From: an uncultured Parachlamydiaceae bacterium
GTDB lineage: Bacteria > Chlamydiota > Chlamydiia > Chlamydiales > Parachlamydiaceae
Direction: 5' to 3'
Assembly: GCA_963742415.1 (NCBI GenBank)
Contig: CAVULX010000004.1
Span: 192,001-256,000, forward strand
Length of the DNA: 64,000 bases
This document shows, one piece after another, positions 38,608-47,553 of this stretch (position 1 is the stretch's first letter; each line of letters begins with the position of its first letter). The notes below the pieces were generated by a model, which ran no database searches, was not told the origin of the DNA, and was given only the letters and a program-made list of their open reading frames with translations. The position numbers and the translations under genes are program-made.

Positions 38608-38856
38608 ATGAAAAAAAAGAAACCAAAAGCGATTCAAGAATCTCCAGAAATGCTCGACAAAGCCGCAGAGGATTTTGCAGAAGTCGTCGTGAATAGTTTC
38701 CGGGAAAATTATCATAGTGAAATGGAACCCTTTGAAGCTTATGCGGCACGGATCAAAGCTAAAATTTATGATGACATCACAGAGTTTCGTTCCCGTTTTG
38801 CAAAGGGGTATCATGTCTTATTAGATGAATTAGGCAAGAAAAATAAGAGTGAATAA
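38608..38856 (+). CDS. Hypothetical small protein
   Basis: GGAG RBS then ATG 38608; stop lies 1 nt before the TPR gene ATG. Confidence 0.6.
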   Translation: MKKKKPKAIQESPEMLDKAAEDFAEVVVNSFRENYHSEMEPFEAYAARIKAKIYDDITEFRSRFAKGYHVLLDELGKKNKSE

Positions 38857-38857
38857 C

Positions 38858-39355
38858 ATGGAACACTTCGATGAATTCCGATTATCGGAAGAAGCTCTGG
38901 AAAGATTGAAAGATCCAGCCTCCTTAAAAAAACAAATCGAGGAGGGAAAAACTTTTCAAGAAATTTTCGGATTTAATGTTGTTTCCATGGAAAAGTTTTA
39001 TCAAGCCGCCTGCAGATTGTTTGAGCAACAACAATATGAAGAGGCATCCGATGCTTTTCTATTTCTTACAACGTTGAATCCCCGCGTTCACAACTATTGG
39101 TTAGGGCTTGGGATGTCTGAACAATTAAATGGAGAGCACGATGCAGCCTTGATTGCTTATAATGTGGCAATTTCTACCGACACCAAAGATCCGTTGCCCC
39201 ATTACCATTCTGCGGGCTGCTACGATGTGCTGCACGATAAAGAAAGAGCTTTATCTTGCATTGAGCTCGCTCTATCCCGCGCAGGGGATCATCCCGAGTA
39301 TGCCCACATTAAACAACAAGCCGAAAAAACACATGCTCGCCTGAAAAAAAACTAA
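38858..39355 (+). CDS. SycD/LcrH family TPR T3SS class II chaperone
   Basis: TFQEIFG..MEKFYQAACRLFEQQQYEEA..FLFLTTLNP..YWLGLG..DPLPHYHSA.CY. Confidence 0.8.
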   Translation: MEHFDEFRLSEEALERLKDPASLKKQIEEGKTFQEIFGFNVVSMEKFYQAACRLFEQQQYEEASDAFLFLTTLNPRVHNYWLGLGMSEQLNGEHDAALIAYNVAISTDTKDPLPHYHSAGCYDVLHDKERALSCIELALSRAGDHPEYAHIKQQAEKTHARLKKN

Positions 39356-39371
39356 AGCTTTAAAGATGAAG

Positions 39372-39560
39372 AAACAGGATAAGGAGGATCGTAAACGGCA
39401 GGATAGGCAAGATAAGAATAAATCTGGAGTGCGCGGATTGACCATTTTTTATCGGGCCCGCGAATATGCCAGTTTTTTGGAGTGCGGCGTCAAGCCGCCG
39501 CACTCCACATTTATTCTTATCTTGCCTATCCTGCCGTTTACGATCCTCCTTATCCTGTTT
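39372..39560. repeat. Composite palindrome, family B outside and family C inside
   Basis: Arms 39372-39433 and 39499-39560 are near-perfect reverse complements; an inner ggagtgcggc hairpin lies at ~39478-39507; between convergent genes. Confidence 0.92.
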
Positions 39561-39672
39561 TTTCCTTCTCTGTGTCTTCTAAGTAACTTTTCTTCCCCCG
39601 CTCAGTGGTTGATGTTTTATAACACCATCTCTTGCTCCCAAAGGCGCCTAGCCTAGCATATCTTGTGTTTGT

Positions 39673-40701
39673 TTATCTTTTCAATTGAGCTTCGCCATGC
39701 GAGACAAGCCAAAACTTGATTTCAGGATGCTCTCTTGCAAGTCCATTCAACCAATCTTCAGCTTCTTTTGTTGTCGAAAAAAGCATTACCGCGGTGGCCA
39801 AGGCATCGGCAAAAGCACAATTTTCTGCCATGATGCTCGCACTTGAGATACTCCCCGGTCTTATCTGGCACATCTTTTTCGATGAAGGATCGATAATATG
39901 GTAATAAGTGGCAGCGTCCTGATTTTCAACAATAGACCAGCTTTGCAAATAATCCCCGCTGGTCGCAATAGCTGCATCGTTTAGACTAAGCTTGGCAATC
40001 GCAAGAGCAGGATCTGGATGGCCAAATCGGCTAATAAAAATGTTCCAAGGTCGCTTTTCAGGATGTTTTCCGGTAGCCCGGATTTCCCCTCCCCATTCGA
40101 CAAAGACATCTGGAAAGCCTGCCGCATTCAACCTCTCCACCAATAAGTCGACGCAATATCCTTTGGCTATACCTCCTAAGTCTAATTGGGTGAGATCATG
40201 ATCCTTATAAAATACCCCTTTTTCGATATGGATTTTATCCCATCCGATGGAGGGGGTAATTTGTTGAATGTCTTCCGTTAAAGGGGTGCAGCCAAGGGTA
40301 AGTTTATTTTTCCATAACTGCTGCAGAGGTTCTATTGTAGGATCAAATCTTCCCTCCGTAAAATCGACCAGTTGTCCAGCGAGACAAAGAAAATGCTCCA
40401 AAGGAGGGGAGATATCAACCTTTTGCCCCCCCTTCAAAGAGTTCAGCTTCGATAGCTCAGATTGGGGATTCCACTTATTATAAAGGATATCGACTTCATG
40501 AAAGGTGTGAAGCATGATAGAAGAAACTTTGTCCTGTTCCTGCTTAATCAACTTTTGACCTATGATCACATGATAGTCAATGGTCATGACATTTCCAGAA
40601 AATTCCGTTATGGATGATTTTTCACTTGATTTTTTACAACCTGAAAAAAAGACGAAAAAAATCAAAAATTTTGAAATTCTGGTAAAGAGATGATGTTTCA
40701 T
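39673..40701 (-). CDS. apbE: FAD:protein FMN transferase lipoprotein
   Basis: Lipobox FSGC; FDPTI, DLGGIAKGY, ATSGDY, HIIDP and ADALATA motifs. Confidence 0.93.
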   Translation of the reverse strand: MKHHLFTRISKFLIFFVFFSGCKKSSEKSSITEFSGNVMTIDYHVIIGQKLIKQEQDKVSSIMLHTFHEVDILYNKWNPQSELSKLNSLKGGQKVDISPPLEHFLCLAGQLVDFTEGRFDPTIEPLQQLWKNKLTLGCTPLTEDIQQITPSIGWDKIHIEKGVFYKDHDLTQLDLGGIAKGYCVDLLVERLNAAGFPDVFVEWGGEIRATGKHPEKRPWNIFISRFGHPDPALAIAKLSLNDAAIATSGDYLQSWSIVENQDAATYYHIIDPSSKKMCQIRPGSISSASIMAENCAFADALATAVMLFSTTKEAEDWLNGLAREHPEIKFWLVSHGEAQLKR

Positions 40702-41585
40702 AAGGCAAAAATAGCGGTTTTTTCACGTCTTTGATAACTGCGAAGAGTATTATATAGCAACATCGCAATTGTCATGGGGCCCACGCCTCCGGGGACAGGA
40801 GTGATTAAAGAACATCGATCTTTGACATTCTCAAAATCCACATCCCCTACGATTTTATAGCCTCGTGCAAGCGAAGGATCTTCGACGCGATTAGTCCCGA
40901 CATCAACCACAATAGCCCCATCTTTAATCATATCTTTTTTGACGAACTGGGGCTGCCCCATAGCAGCTATGAGGATATCAGCCATTGAACAAAAAGTGTT
41001 TAAGTCGCGCGTATGGCTATGTGTAATTGTCACTGTCGCATTCCCTTGGACAGAATTTTGCATTAATAAAGCCGCTAAAGGCTTTCCGACAATATTGCTT
41101 CGCCCTAAGATCACCGCATGCTTTCCACCAATTTCCACTCCAGACCTCACCAAAAGCGCTTTTATCCCTAAAGGCGTGCAAGGGATAAATCCATCCGTTT
41201 GACCAATCAATAATTTACCGACATTCTCCGGATGAAATCCATCGACATCTTTATCTGGGTGTATCGCTTGGACAATAGAATAGGGGTTGACATGAGAAGG
41301 GAGAGGCAATTGTATTAAAATTCCGTCCACCGCAGGATCTGCATTAAGGATAGAGATGTGCCGTAATATTTCTTCTTCCGAGACTGAGGAATCCAGTTCA
41401 ACTTTTTTGGAAATCATCCCGACTTCGACGCAGGCTTGTACTTTTTTATTTACATATACTTGTGATGCAGGGTTTTTTCCTACCAGAATAACAGAAAGGC
41501 AGGGGAGCCGTTTATTTAAATTGCTGATAAACAATTTAATCTCGTCCTGAATTTTTGAAGCTATGGCTTTTCCGTCAATGATCAT
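40698..41585 (-). CDS. folD: Methylene-THF dehydrogenase/cyclohydrolase
   Basis: IDGK, KDVDGFHP, PCTP, GRSNIVGKP and TPVPGGVGPMT motifs. Confidence 0.97.
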   Translation of the reverse strand: MIIDGKAIASKIQDEIKLFISNLNKRLPCLSVILVGKNPASQVYVNKKVQACVEVGMISKKVELDSSVSEEEILRHISILNADPAVDGILIQLPLPSHVNPYSIVQAIHPDKDVDGFHPENVGKLLIGQTDGFIPCTPLGIKALLVRSGVEIGGKHAVILGRSNIVGKPLAALLMQNSVQGNATVTITHSHTRDLNTFCSMADILIAAMGQPQFVKKDMIKDGAIVVDVGTNRVEDPSLARGYKIVGDVDFENVKDRCSLITPVPGGVGPMTIAMLLYNTLRSYQRREKTAIFAL

Positions 41586-41713
41586 AATGCAAACCTTTCA
41601 AATACCAAATACTCCAATGATATAAAATAATTTGATAATATAGAAAACTAAATTAATTATTTGTATAGTGAGGTTTGCATGTGAATCGGATGCTAAAGTT
41701 ATTGGAGGTGCTC

Positions 41714-42163
41714 ATGAAAGTCTGGAGCATTTTTTTTCCTATTTTACTGTTATTTTCAAAATGTTACTCCCAGCAAATTCCCCCTTGTTTTTATCAGCTT
41801 GAAACAAATTTTTTCACCTACGATGTGGTTGCCACCGCCTTTAACTTAAATTATGTGTACCAAGCGCAATGGGTTCCTCTCTACAATGCCCTCCAAAGCA
41901 ATGCGAGGAAAATCCCTTCAATGATAGAAGAACGGGCGCGCAAATCTAATCCAAATCCGTTAAATCCTTTTAATCCTGTAGCCGCTTCCGAATTGCTCCG
42001 ACAAGTGCTCTTCGATGTATTCAACGAAACAATGCATGAAAGTCTCTATACGAATGAAACGGCGATCCGTCAAATGTTTCGGTACATCAGAGCGGAAAAA
42101 TCCTTGCTTTTGTCTTCCTGCTTAGGGGAAGCTTCTGAAGCCGATCAACGGATCACACGATGA
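41714..42163 (+). CDS. Secreted hypothetical protein (paralogue of the next gene)
   Basis: GGAGGTG RBS, ATG 41714 and signal peptide. Confidence 0.7.
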   Translation: MKVWSIFFPILLLFSKCYSQQIPPCFYQLETNFFTYDVVATAFNLNYVYQAQWVPLYNALQSNARKIPSMIEERARKSNPNPLNPFNPVAASELLRQVLFDVFNETMHESLYTNETAIRQMFRYIRAEKSLLLSSCLGEASEADQRITR

Positions 42164-42257
42164 ATAATCTCAATTGCAATAAAAGCAGTTTAAAAAAAAA
42201 GTTGAGTTTAGTAGATTGCCAATATGCAAACTTTTAAAGACTTGATAAGGAGGAATT

Positions 42258-43019
42258 GTGGATAGCGTGAATTTAAAAAAACCAACGGCCTGGCTTTTAT
42301 TGAGTATGGGATTAATGGCAAGTTTCGGAACAACTTATGCTCAGCAACCTCATTCAGTTCCAATGCAGCCGGCACAGGCACAGCCCGATGAATGCACTAA
42401 AGAATTATTGTTAGCCTACTTTCCAGCTAATTATGTTACTGCGACTTTGAAAAAATTTAATGTTCCAGAAGATAAATGGTCAGCCGTCATAGCAGATTTG
42501 GCAGCACAAGATAAAGATGTTTTGAAAAGAGTTAATGAGAAAGCTTCCAAGCTAAGCCCCAACCCATTTAACGATCGAGACCCTGCTCAACGTCAAATTG
42601 TAGTTAAATTATTTCGAGAGACATTGCTCCAAATTTTAGGGGATGCCTTAAAAAAGCAAGGGATCACCGATGAAAATCAAATCAAAGCGATGTCAAATGA
42701 TATCCAGCAACAAAAAGCCGAAAATTTTAAGCAATGCATGGAAAAACAAAAAATCCCCCTGCCTGGTTTTAAAAAGGAAGAGATCCGTTCTTTAGAACAT
42801 CCTGAAAGAACTCCACCCTCAAATTCAACGGATCAAGAATCCCCCTCAGAAAAATTGTTGAGTGACAGTGATAATGGTGAGGAAGACAACCAAAATAACG
42901 ACGAAACACACGATAACGAATCTGATGATGAAAACGGATCAGACGACCATGAAACAAAAGAATATGAAAAGAATGCCTCCGAAACAAAAGGAATTGAAAA
43001 AAGCAAAACAAAATACTAG
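42258..43019 (+). CDS. Secreted hypothetical protein with acidic disordered tail
   Basis: AAGGAGG RBS, signal peptide ending TYA, D/E/N-rich C-terminus. Confidence 0.78.
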   Translation: MDSVNLKKPTAWLLLSMGLMASFGTTYAQQPHSVPMQPAQAQPDECTKELLLAYFPANYVTATLKKFNVPEDKWSAVIADLAAQDKDVLKRVNEKASKLSPNPFNDRDPAQRQIVVKLFRETLLQILGDALKKQGITDENQIKAMSNDIQQQKAENFKQCMEKQKIPLPGFKKEEIRSLEHPERTPPSNSTDQESPSEKLLSDSDNGEEDNQNNDETHDNESDDENGSDDHETKEYEKNASETKGIEKSKTKY

Positions 43020-43043
43020 AGGTAGTCGGTTCATTTTCTTATA

Positions 43044-43200
43044 AAAAACAGGATAAGCAGGATCGTAAACGGCAGGATAGGCAAGATAAGAACAAATGTG
43101 GAGTGAGGTGGTTTGACACATGCGCATCAAGCTAGGGAAAACCATTTATTCTTATCTTGCCTATCCTGCCGCCGAAGGCGATCTTGCTTATCCTGTTTTT
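43044..43200. repeat. Composite palindrome, family B outside with a degenerate family C half inside
   Basis: Arms 43044-43098 and 43143-43200; the inner tggagtgaggtggtttgacacatgcgcatcaagcta resembles 4331-4366. Confidence 0.88.
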
Positions 43201-43255
43201 CTCTATGCCTAGTTACTTAGAAAATCCATGAGATAGATTGAGATCGAAGAGAGAA

Positions 43256-43771
43256 TCAATTTGAAAAGTATTCAGACCCCTTTCGAGGGCGTTTCCCAAA
43301 TAGGATCCAGGGAAGGATAAAGATGCTAAAAGCATAAAATCCATCATATAATGGAAAAAATAGAAAATCAGTGAATACCCATCCCCACGAAAAAAGATAA
43401 TGTCTTTGAAATAAGCCCAACAACAAACTTTGGATTAATGTGGTCACCACGGAAAAAAAGAAGACCATCAGCGGGAGCGTGCTCATCTTATCGGCAAAAA
43501 AATGGCGATGCTGTTCATACAAGATGATCGTGGATAATGCATAAGCTAAAGCATAAAACCCAAACGGTGTTGAGGAAGATAGACAATCAAGTATCGTTCC
43601 ACAAAAAATGGATGCCCAAAGTGCAATATGGAATGGTTTTTGGTAGTAAAGGATGACAATAAAAGGGGCAAAAAAGAAGAACCGGCATTGAGGGCAAAAA
43701 AGGGGCATTGCAAGGAATAAAATCAAAGAGACCGTAAAAACTAACCCTAGATTTTTTCGGGCGATATTCAA
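43256..43771 (-). CDS. MreD-like membrane protein
   Basis: ~170 aa with about 5 TM segments; CGTILDCLSSSTPFGFYALAY pattern. Confidence 0.55.
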   Translation of the reverse strand: MNIARKNLGLVFTVSLILFLAMPLFCPQCRFFFFAPFIVILYYQKPFHIALWASIFCGTILDCLSSSTPFGFYALAYALSTIILYEQHRHFFADKMSTLPLMVFFFSVVTTLIQSLLLGLFQRHYLFSWGWVFTDFLFFPLYDGFYAFSIFILPWILFGKRPRKGSEYFSN

Positions 43772-43823
43772 AAGACCTCTTTCAATGAAAAGAAATTCCC
43801 GTTGGGAATTTTACATTGTATAT

Positions 43824-44579
43824 TTAATAAGCCCCTTTAGAAAAAAGCATGGCTGGAATTGTCTTCAGGACCAATTTAAGATCCAACATAAACGTTTGAA
43901 GAGAGGAGAGGGAGAAATGGCTGTCGATATAGGCTTCATCTAGCTTTACACGGGTTTCATAGTTCATATTACTCCTTCCTGAAACTTGCCAAAAACATGT
44001 CAAGCCTGGGCGCATTCCAAGAATTTTGCCGCTTTTTGTTCCATAATATTTAGTTAATTCAGCTTTCACAACTGGCCTTGGACCCACGACACTCAAATCC
44101 CCTTTCAAAACGTTCCAAAATTGAGGGAGCTCATCGAGGGAAGTTCGCCGAAGAAAATTTCCTACTCTGGAAATTCTAGGGTCATTTTTAAGCTTCCGTG
44201 TTTCTTCCCATTCTTTTCTAAGGGCTGAATTTGTTTCTAGGAGCTTTTTCAGCTCGCTGTCGGCATCTTTACGCATAGTTCTGAATTTGTAGCAATAAAA
44301 AGGTTTTCCGCCGCGGCCGACACGTTCATGTGAATAAATGATTTTCCCCCGCGAGGTTAATCGGATGGCTAATGCGATTAAAAAGAAAACAGGGAGCCCT
44401 AAAGCAATTATGCTCAAACTAAATAGGATGTCAAAAGCACGTTTGATAGGGATATGTTTGATTTTGCATTCCAAAGGGAATGGCAAGGCAAAAGGATGGT
44501 TAATTTCTTCCATAAGCGACAAACGACTAGCCTTGAGCTGTTTAAGATCTATTTGAACAAAACTTACCAAATTAAACAA
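43824..44579 (-). CDS. Polyprenyl-phosphate sugar phosphotransferase (Bac_transf, WcaJ/ExoY-like)
   Basis: KRAFDI, YKFRTM, NDPR, LDELPQFWNVLKGDLSVVGPRP and WQVSGRS motifs; true start may be ~44513. Confidence 0.92.
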   Translation of the reverse strand: MFNLVSFVQIDLKQLKASRLSLMEEINHPFALPFPLECKIKHIPIKRAFDILFSLSIIALGLPVFFLIALAIRLTSRGKIIYSHERVGRGGKPFYCYKFRTMRKDADSELKKLLETNSALRKEWEETRKLKNDPRISRVGNFLRRTSLDELPQFWNVLKGDLSVVGPRPVVKAELTKYYGTKSGKILGMRPGLTCFWQVSGRSNMNYETRVKLDEAYIDSHFSLSSLQTFMLDLKLVLKTIPAMLFSKGAY

Positions 44580-44735
44580 ATTACTGATTTATATATATGA
44601 TATAAAAAATAAGGGCAAGAAAAAAAATCAAAAAATTGGAGCGCGCTAAAAATCAACTACTAAAGCCCTTTAGGTCAAGTATGAGCCCTAAAAATAGTAA
44701 AAAAGAAATTTATTCAACGTAAAAACAAAAACAAG

Positions 44736-44765
44736 TTGACATTTTTCCGTGTTAAATTTTAAGGT
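44736..44765 (+). promoter_or_regulatory. Putative sigma66 promoter of the OMP gene
   Basis: TTGACA with an A-rich upstream tract and TAAGGT 18 nt downstream. Confidence 0.4.
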
Positions 44766-44795
44766 GATGCTATGACCCTTACCATATGAGGTGAT

Positions 44796-45710
44796 ATGAA
44801 AAACATTTTAGGTAGATTATCTACACTTCTGCTTACCACTACGCTTGCATTCGTCGGCGAGGTAAAAGCGGATACAACGGTCCAATTTGGAATTGGGTAT
44901 CGTTCAGACGATGTTGATTGGAAAATTGATTTCCCGGTAAATGAATTACCAGAATCCCAATCAAAGCTTTGGTTTAAAGATATTGAAATCTTTACAGTTC
45001 AAGGCAGAATTAAAAGCAGCTGTGACTGTGTTTACTATCGGATCGATGGTGAATACGGCTGGGTATTGGATGGGGACGTTCGTGAATCGGACTTCTTTTC
45101 ATTCCCTGTGTCAGCTGTTTTAACTCCATCGACACTCTACACAACTGTACACCCAGTAACCCACAATGACATTAAGGGCAAATACGTAGCTGATTTTTCA
45201 GTTGCTGTTGGTTACCCTTTACAACAATGTTGGTGTTCTAATTTGCAAGTTGTTCCAACGATCGGTTTTTCGTACGATACCCAACGGCTTCGTGCGGATG
45301 ATCATGAGTTGATTTCCGATGACTTGACAACAGAAGAGTTAAATTCTCTAGGCTTCGAAACAGGGGAAAGAGGACACAGCACATATCGTTCAACATGGTG
45401 GGGGCCATTCATTGGCGTTGACCTCGCGTGGAGTTGCGATTGTTGGAATGTCTATGGAGAATTTGAATATCATTTTGCTCGTGCCCGTAGAGAAAGGAAT
45501 TCCAGAACTGGCAGTCACTTTTTAGATAGCTATCGCCGTACAAGAAGTGCTTATGGATTTAATTTCAAAGTAGGTTCTATCTATCACTTTAACTGTAACT
45601 GGTTTTTGGATGGACACGTCTCCTTTAAAGATTTTACATCGAACAGATGCCACGATGGAATCTCCTGGCGCAGTTTCAGCATCGGCTTAGACCTAGGTTA
45701 TGTCTTTTAA
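44796..45710 (+). CDS. Cys-rich outer-membrane beta-barrel, Protochlamydia Pom-like
   Basis: Signal peptide; GIGYRSDDVDWKI and WWGPFIGVD; C-terminal DLGYVF beta-signal. Confidence 0.7.
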   Translation: MKNILGRLSTLLLTTTLAFVGEVKADTTVQFGIGYRSDDVDWKIDFPVNELPESQSKLWFKDIEIFTVQGRIKSSCDCVYYRIDGEYGWVLDGDVRESDFFSFPVSAVLTPSTLYTTVHPVTHNDIKGKYVADFSVAVGYPLQQCWCSNLQVVPTIGFSYDTQRLRADDHELISDDLTTEELNSLGFETGERGHSTYRSTWWGPFIGVDLAWSCDCWNVYGEFEYHFARARRERNSRTGSHFLDSYRRTRSAYGFNFKVGSIYHFNCNWFLDGHVSFKDFTSNRCHDGISWRSFSIGLDLGYVF

Positions 45711-45743
45711 AGCTTAAGTTGTCTCAGCTAGGAGCTTTAGTTT

Positions 45744-45783
45744 AAAGAGTGTTTTCTTTGTTACAACGAAGACACTCTTTTTT
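45744..45783. terminator. Bidirectional intrinsic terminator
   Basis: aaagagtgttttc-loop-gaagacactcttt followed by a T run, between convergent genes. Confidence 0.75.
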
Positions 45784-45793
45784 GTTCTGAAGG

Positions 45794-46384
45794 TTACATA
45801 CTAGTCCACGGATTATCTTTTATTGTAAATCGCCAAGGCTTTAAGATATATTCTTGTGCATAGTCAATCCCGATGCGGGGACTTGCAACGATATTGTCTT
45901 TTTTGATGACGACCCCTCTATCTTCAATCCAAATGGGACTGTTTTCTAATTCTATTCCTGAATGTTGTTCGTTTATTCCCAAGGCTTTGGTAAGACGTGC
46001 CGGGCCCGAGGTCAAGGCCGATGTGTTCTCTTTCTGGCACCTTTGAAGCATGATATCCAATCCGTGCGTTGGCTCTAACGCCCGGATTAATATGGCGTGG
46101 GGGATCCCTTCTCGATGGGTGACAATGTTAAAGAGGTAATGCATCCCATAGCAGAAGTAGACATAGCAAACACCTCCCGACCGGAACATCACGTCTGTTC
46201 GGTTTGTTCTTCTATTACCGTAGGCGTGGGAAGCTTTATCTTCGGGGCCCATATAGGCTTCCGTTTCAACGATCATTCCTCCTGTAACCCCTTCATTCCA
46301 ATCAGTAAATAAAAATTTACCCAGTAAATCACGGCTCAAAAAGAGCGTGTCTTCATTTCTAAAATAGGAAAGACTAAGTTTCAT
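45794..46384 (-). CDS. mpg: DNA-3-methyladenine glycosylase (MPG)
   Basis: IVETEAY, YVYFCYGMHY, LIRALEP, GPARL and PRIGI motifs. Confidence 0.93.
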   Translation of the reverse strand: MKLSLSYFRNEDTLFLSRDLLGKFLFTDWNEGVTGGMIVETEAYMGPEDKASHAYGNRRTNRTDVMFRSGGVCYVYFCYGMHYLFNIVTHREGIPHAILIRALEPTHGLDIMLQRCQKENTSALTSGPARLTKALGINEQHSGIELENSPIWIEDRGVVIKKDNIVASPRIGIDYAQEYILKPWRFTIKDNPWTSM

Positions 46385-46397
46385 AAACAAAATCGGT

Positions 46398-46733
46398 TTA
46401 CACTTCGTCACATTTGGCTGCAAATATGAAATCGCTTTCAGTTAATCCATTGATTTTATGGGTCCAAATCAAAAGTTTGACTCGGCCATAGGAAAGGTAA
46501 ATGTCGGGATGATGCCCTTCCCGTTCAGCGATCTCTCCCACTTTATTTGTAAATTCCAAGCCTTTTTTAAAGTCTTCAAAACGGTATTCTTTTTCTAAAT
46601 GGTGATTACGAATGACAATCCACCCTTCTTTTAATTGACTAAGGTATTCTTCAATCTCTTTTTCTTTCATAGGGGGGACGCCCCCTTCGCAGGGAACACA
46701 TTTTTTTGCAGATAACTTACAGACTTGGTTCAT
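46398..46733 (-). CDS. phhB: Pterin-4a-carbinolamine dehydratase
   Basis: CVPCEGG, AEREGHHPDI and WTHKINGLTESDFIFAAK motifs. Confidence 0.9.
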   Translation of the reverse strand: MNQVCKLSAKKCVPCEGGVPPMKEKEIEEYLSQLKEGWIVIRNHHLEKEYRFEDFKKGLEFTNKVGEIAEREGHHPDIYLSYGRVKLLIWTHKINGLTESDFIFAAKCDEV

Positions 46734-47424
46734 AGACGAGCTCCTTTTTATTGTTTTTGGAGACATGATTCATTTGCTCAGCAAAATTTGCCTTTGGCTT
46801 TGCAAGAAAAACGAATATGTAAAACAAGGGAGTCAAGCAAAACGTAAAGGAAACTTTAAACAAATAGGAAAAAAGCATGGTTGGGATGAGAGTGTCCATA
46901 TCTAAACCTAACCCCCAATATAAATGAATCATATTCACGATGATAGTATCCATTGCTTGAGAGATAAAACCAGCTCCATTACACCGGAGCCAAAGAAAGC
47001 GGCCTTGAGTCCTTTTCTTCATAATCGCATAAAAAAAGATATCCATCATCTGAGAAATAGTATAGGCGCTGAGGGATGCAAAGATGACAATCCCATTAAA
47101 TTGTAATAAAAGCTGCAATGCTTCTTGGGTAGCCTTATCCTTTGTGGGGAGGAGTAGGGCTAGTTGCAAAATGCTATAACTGAGAATTGTCATTCCTAAA
47201 GCTATAAAAACCATTGCTTTAGCTTTTCGAGGACCGTATAGTTCAGTGACAAGACTGCTTAACAAAAATGTAAGGGGGTACAAAAATGCCCCTGCCGGGA
47301 TTTGAACACCTTCCACCCAAGAAATAGAAACTAATTTAACTGAAATGATGTCGGCAATAATGACAATAATGCAAAAAACAGCAGTGATAATTTGATAGTT
47401 GTAGTCAGATTTGTAATTTGTCAT
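46717..47424 (-). CDS. yhhQ: Queuosine precursor transporter (Vut_1/YhhQ)
   Basis: YPLTFL..VTELYG, ASLSAY.ISQ.MDI and LWLR..ISQ.MDT motifs. Confidence 0.85.
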   Translation of the reverse strand: MTNYKSDYNYQIITAVFCIIVIIADIISVKLVSISWVEGVQIPAGAFLYPLTFLLSSLVTELYGPRKAKAMVFIALGMTILSYSILQLALLLPTKDKATQEALQLLLQFNGIVIFASLSAYTISQMMDIFFYAIMKKRTQGRFLWLRCNGAGFISQAMDTIIVNMIHLYWGLGLDMDTLIPTMLFSYLFKVSFTFCLTPLFYIFVFLAKPKANFAEQMNHVSKNNKKELVYEPSL

Positions 47425-47553
47425 AAACTAAATCCCTAATAAATGTTCAATAGATAATCATATCATATTACTTTATTCTTGATGAAATTTTTTTTAATCA
47501 TATGATGAAAAAGGTCATGGCTCGGGCACTTTTTTTTAACAATTTGGGCATGC

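Noticed and set aside
39366..39656. 96-aa ORF MKKQDKEDRKRQDRQDK...
   Set aside because: It reads through both arms of the palindrome; spurious
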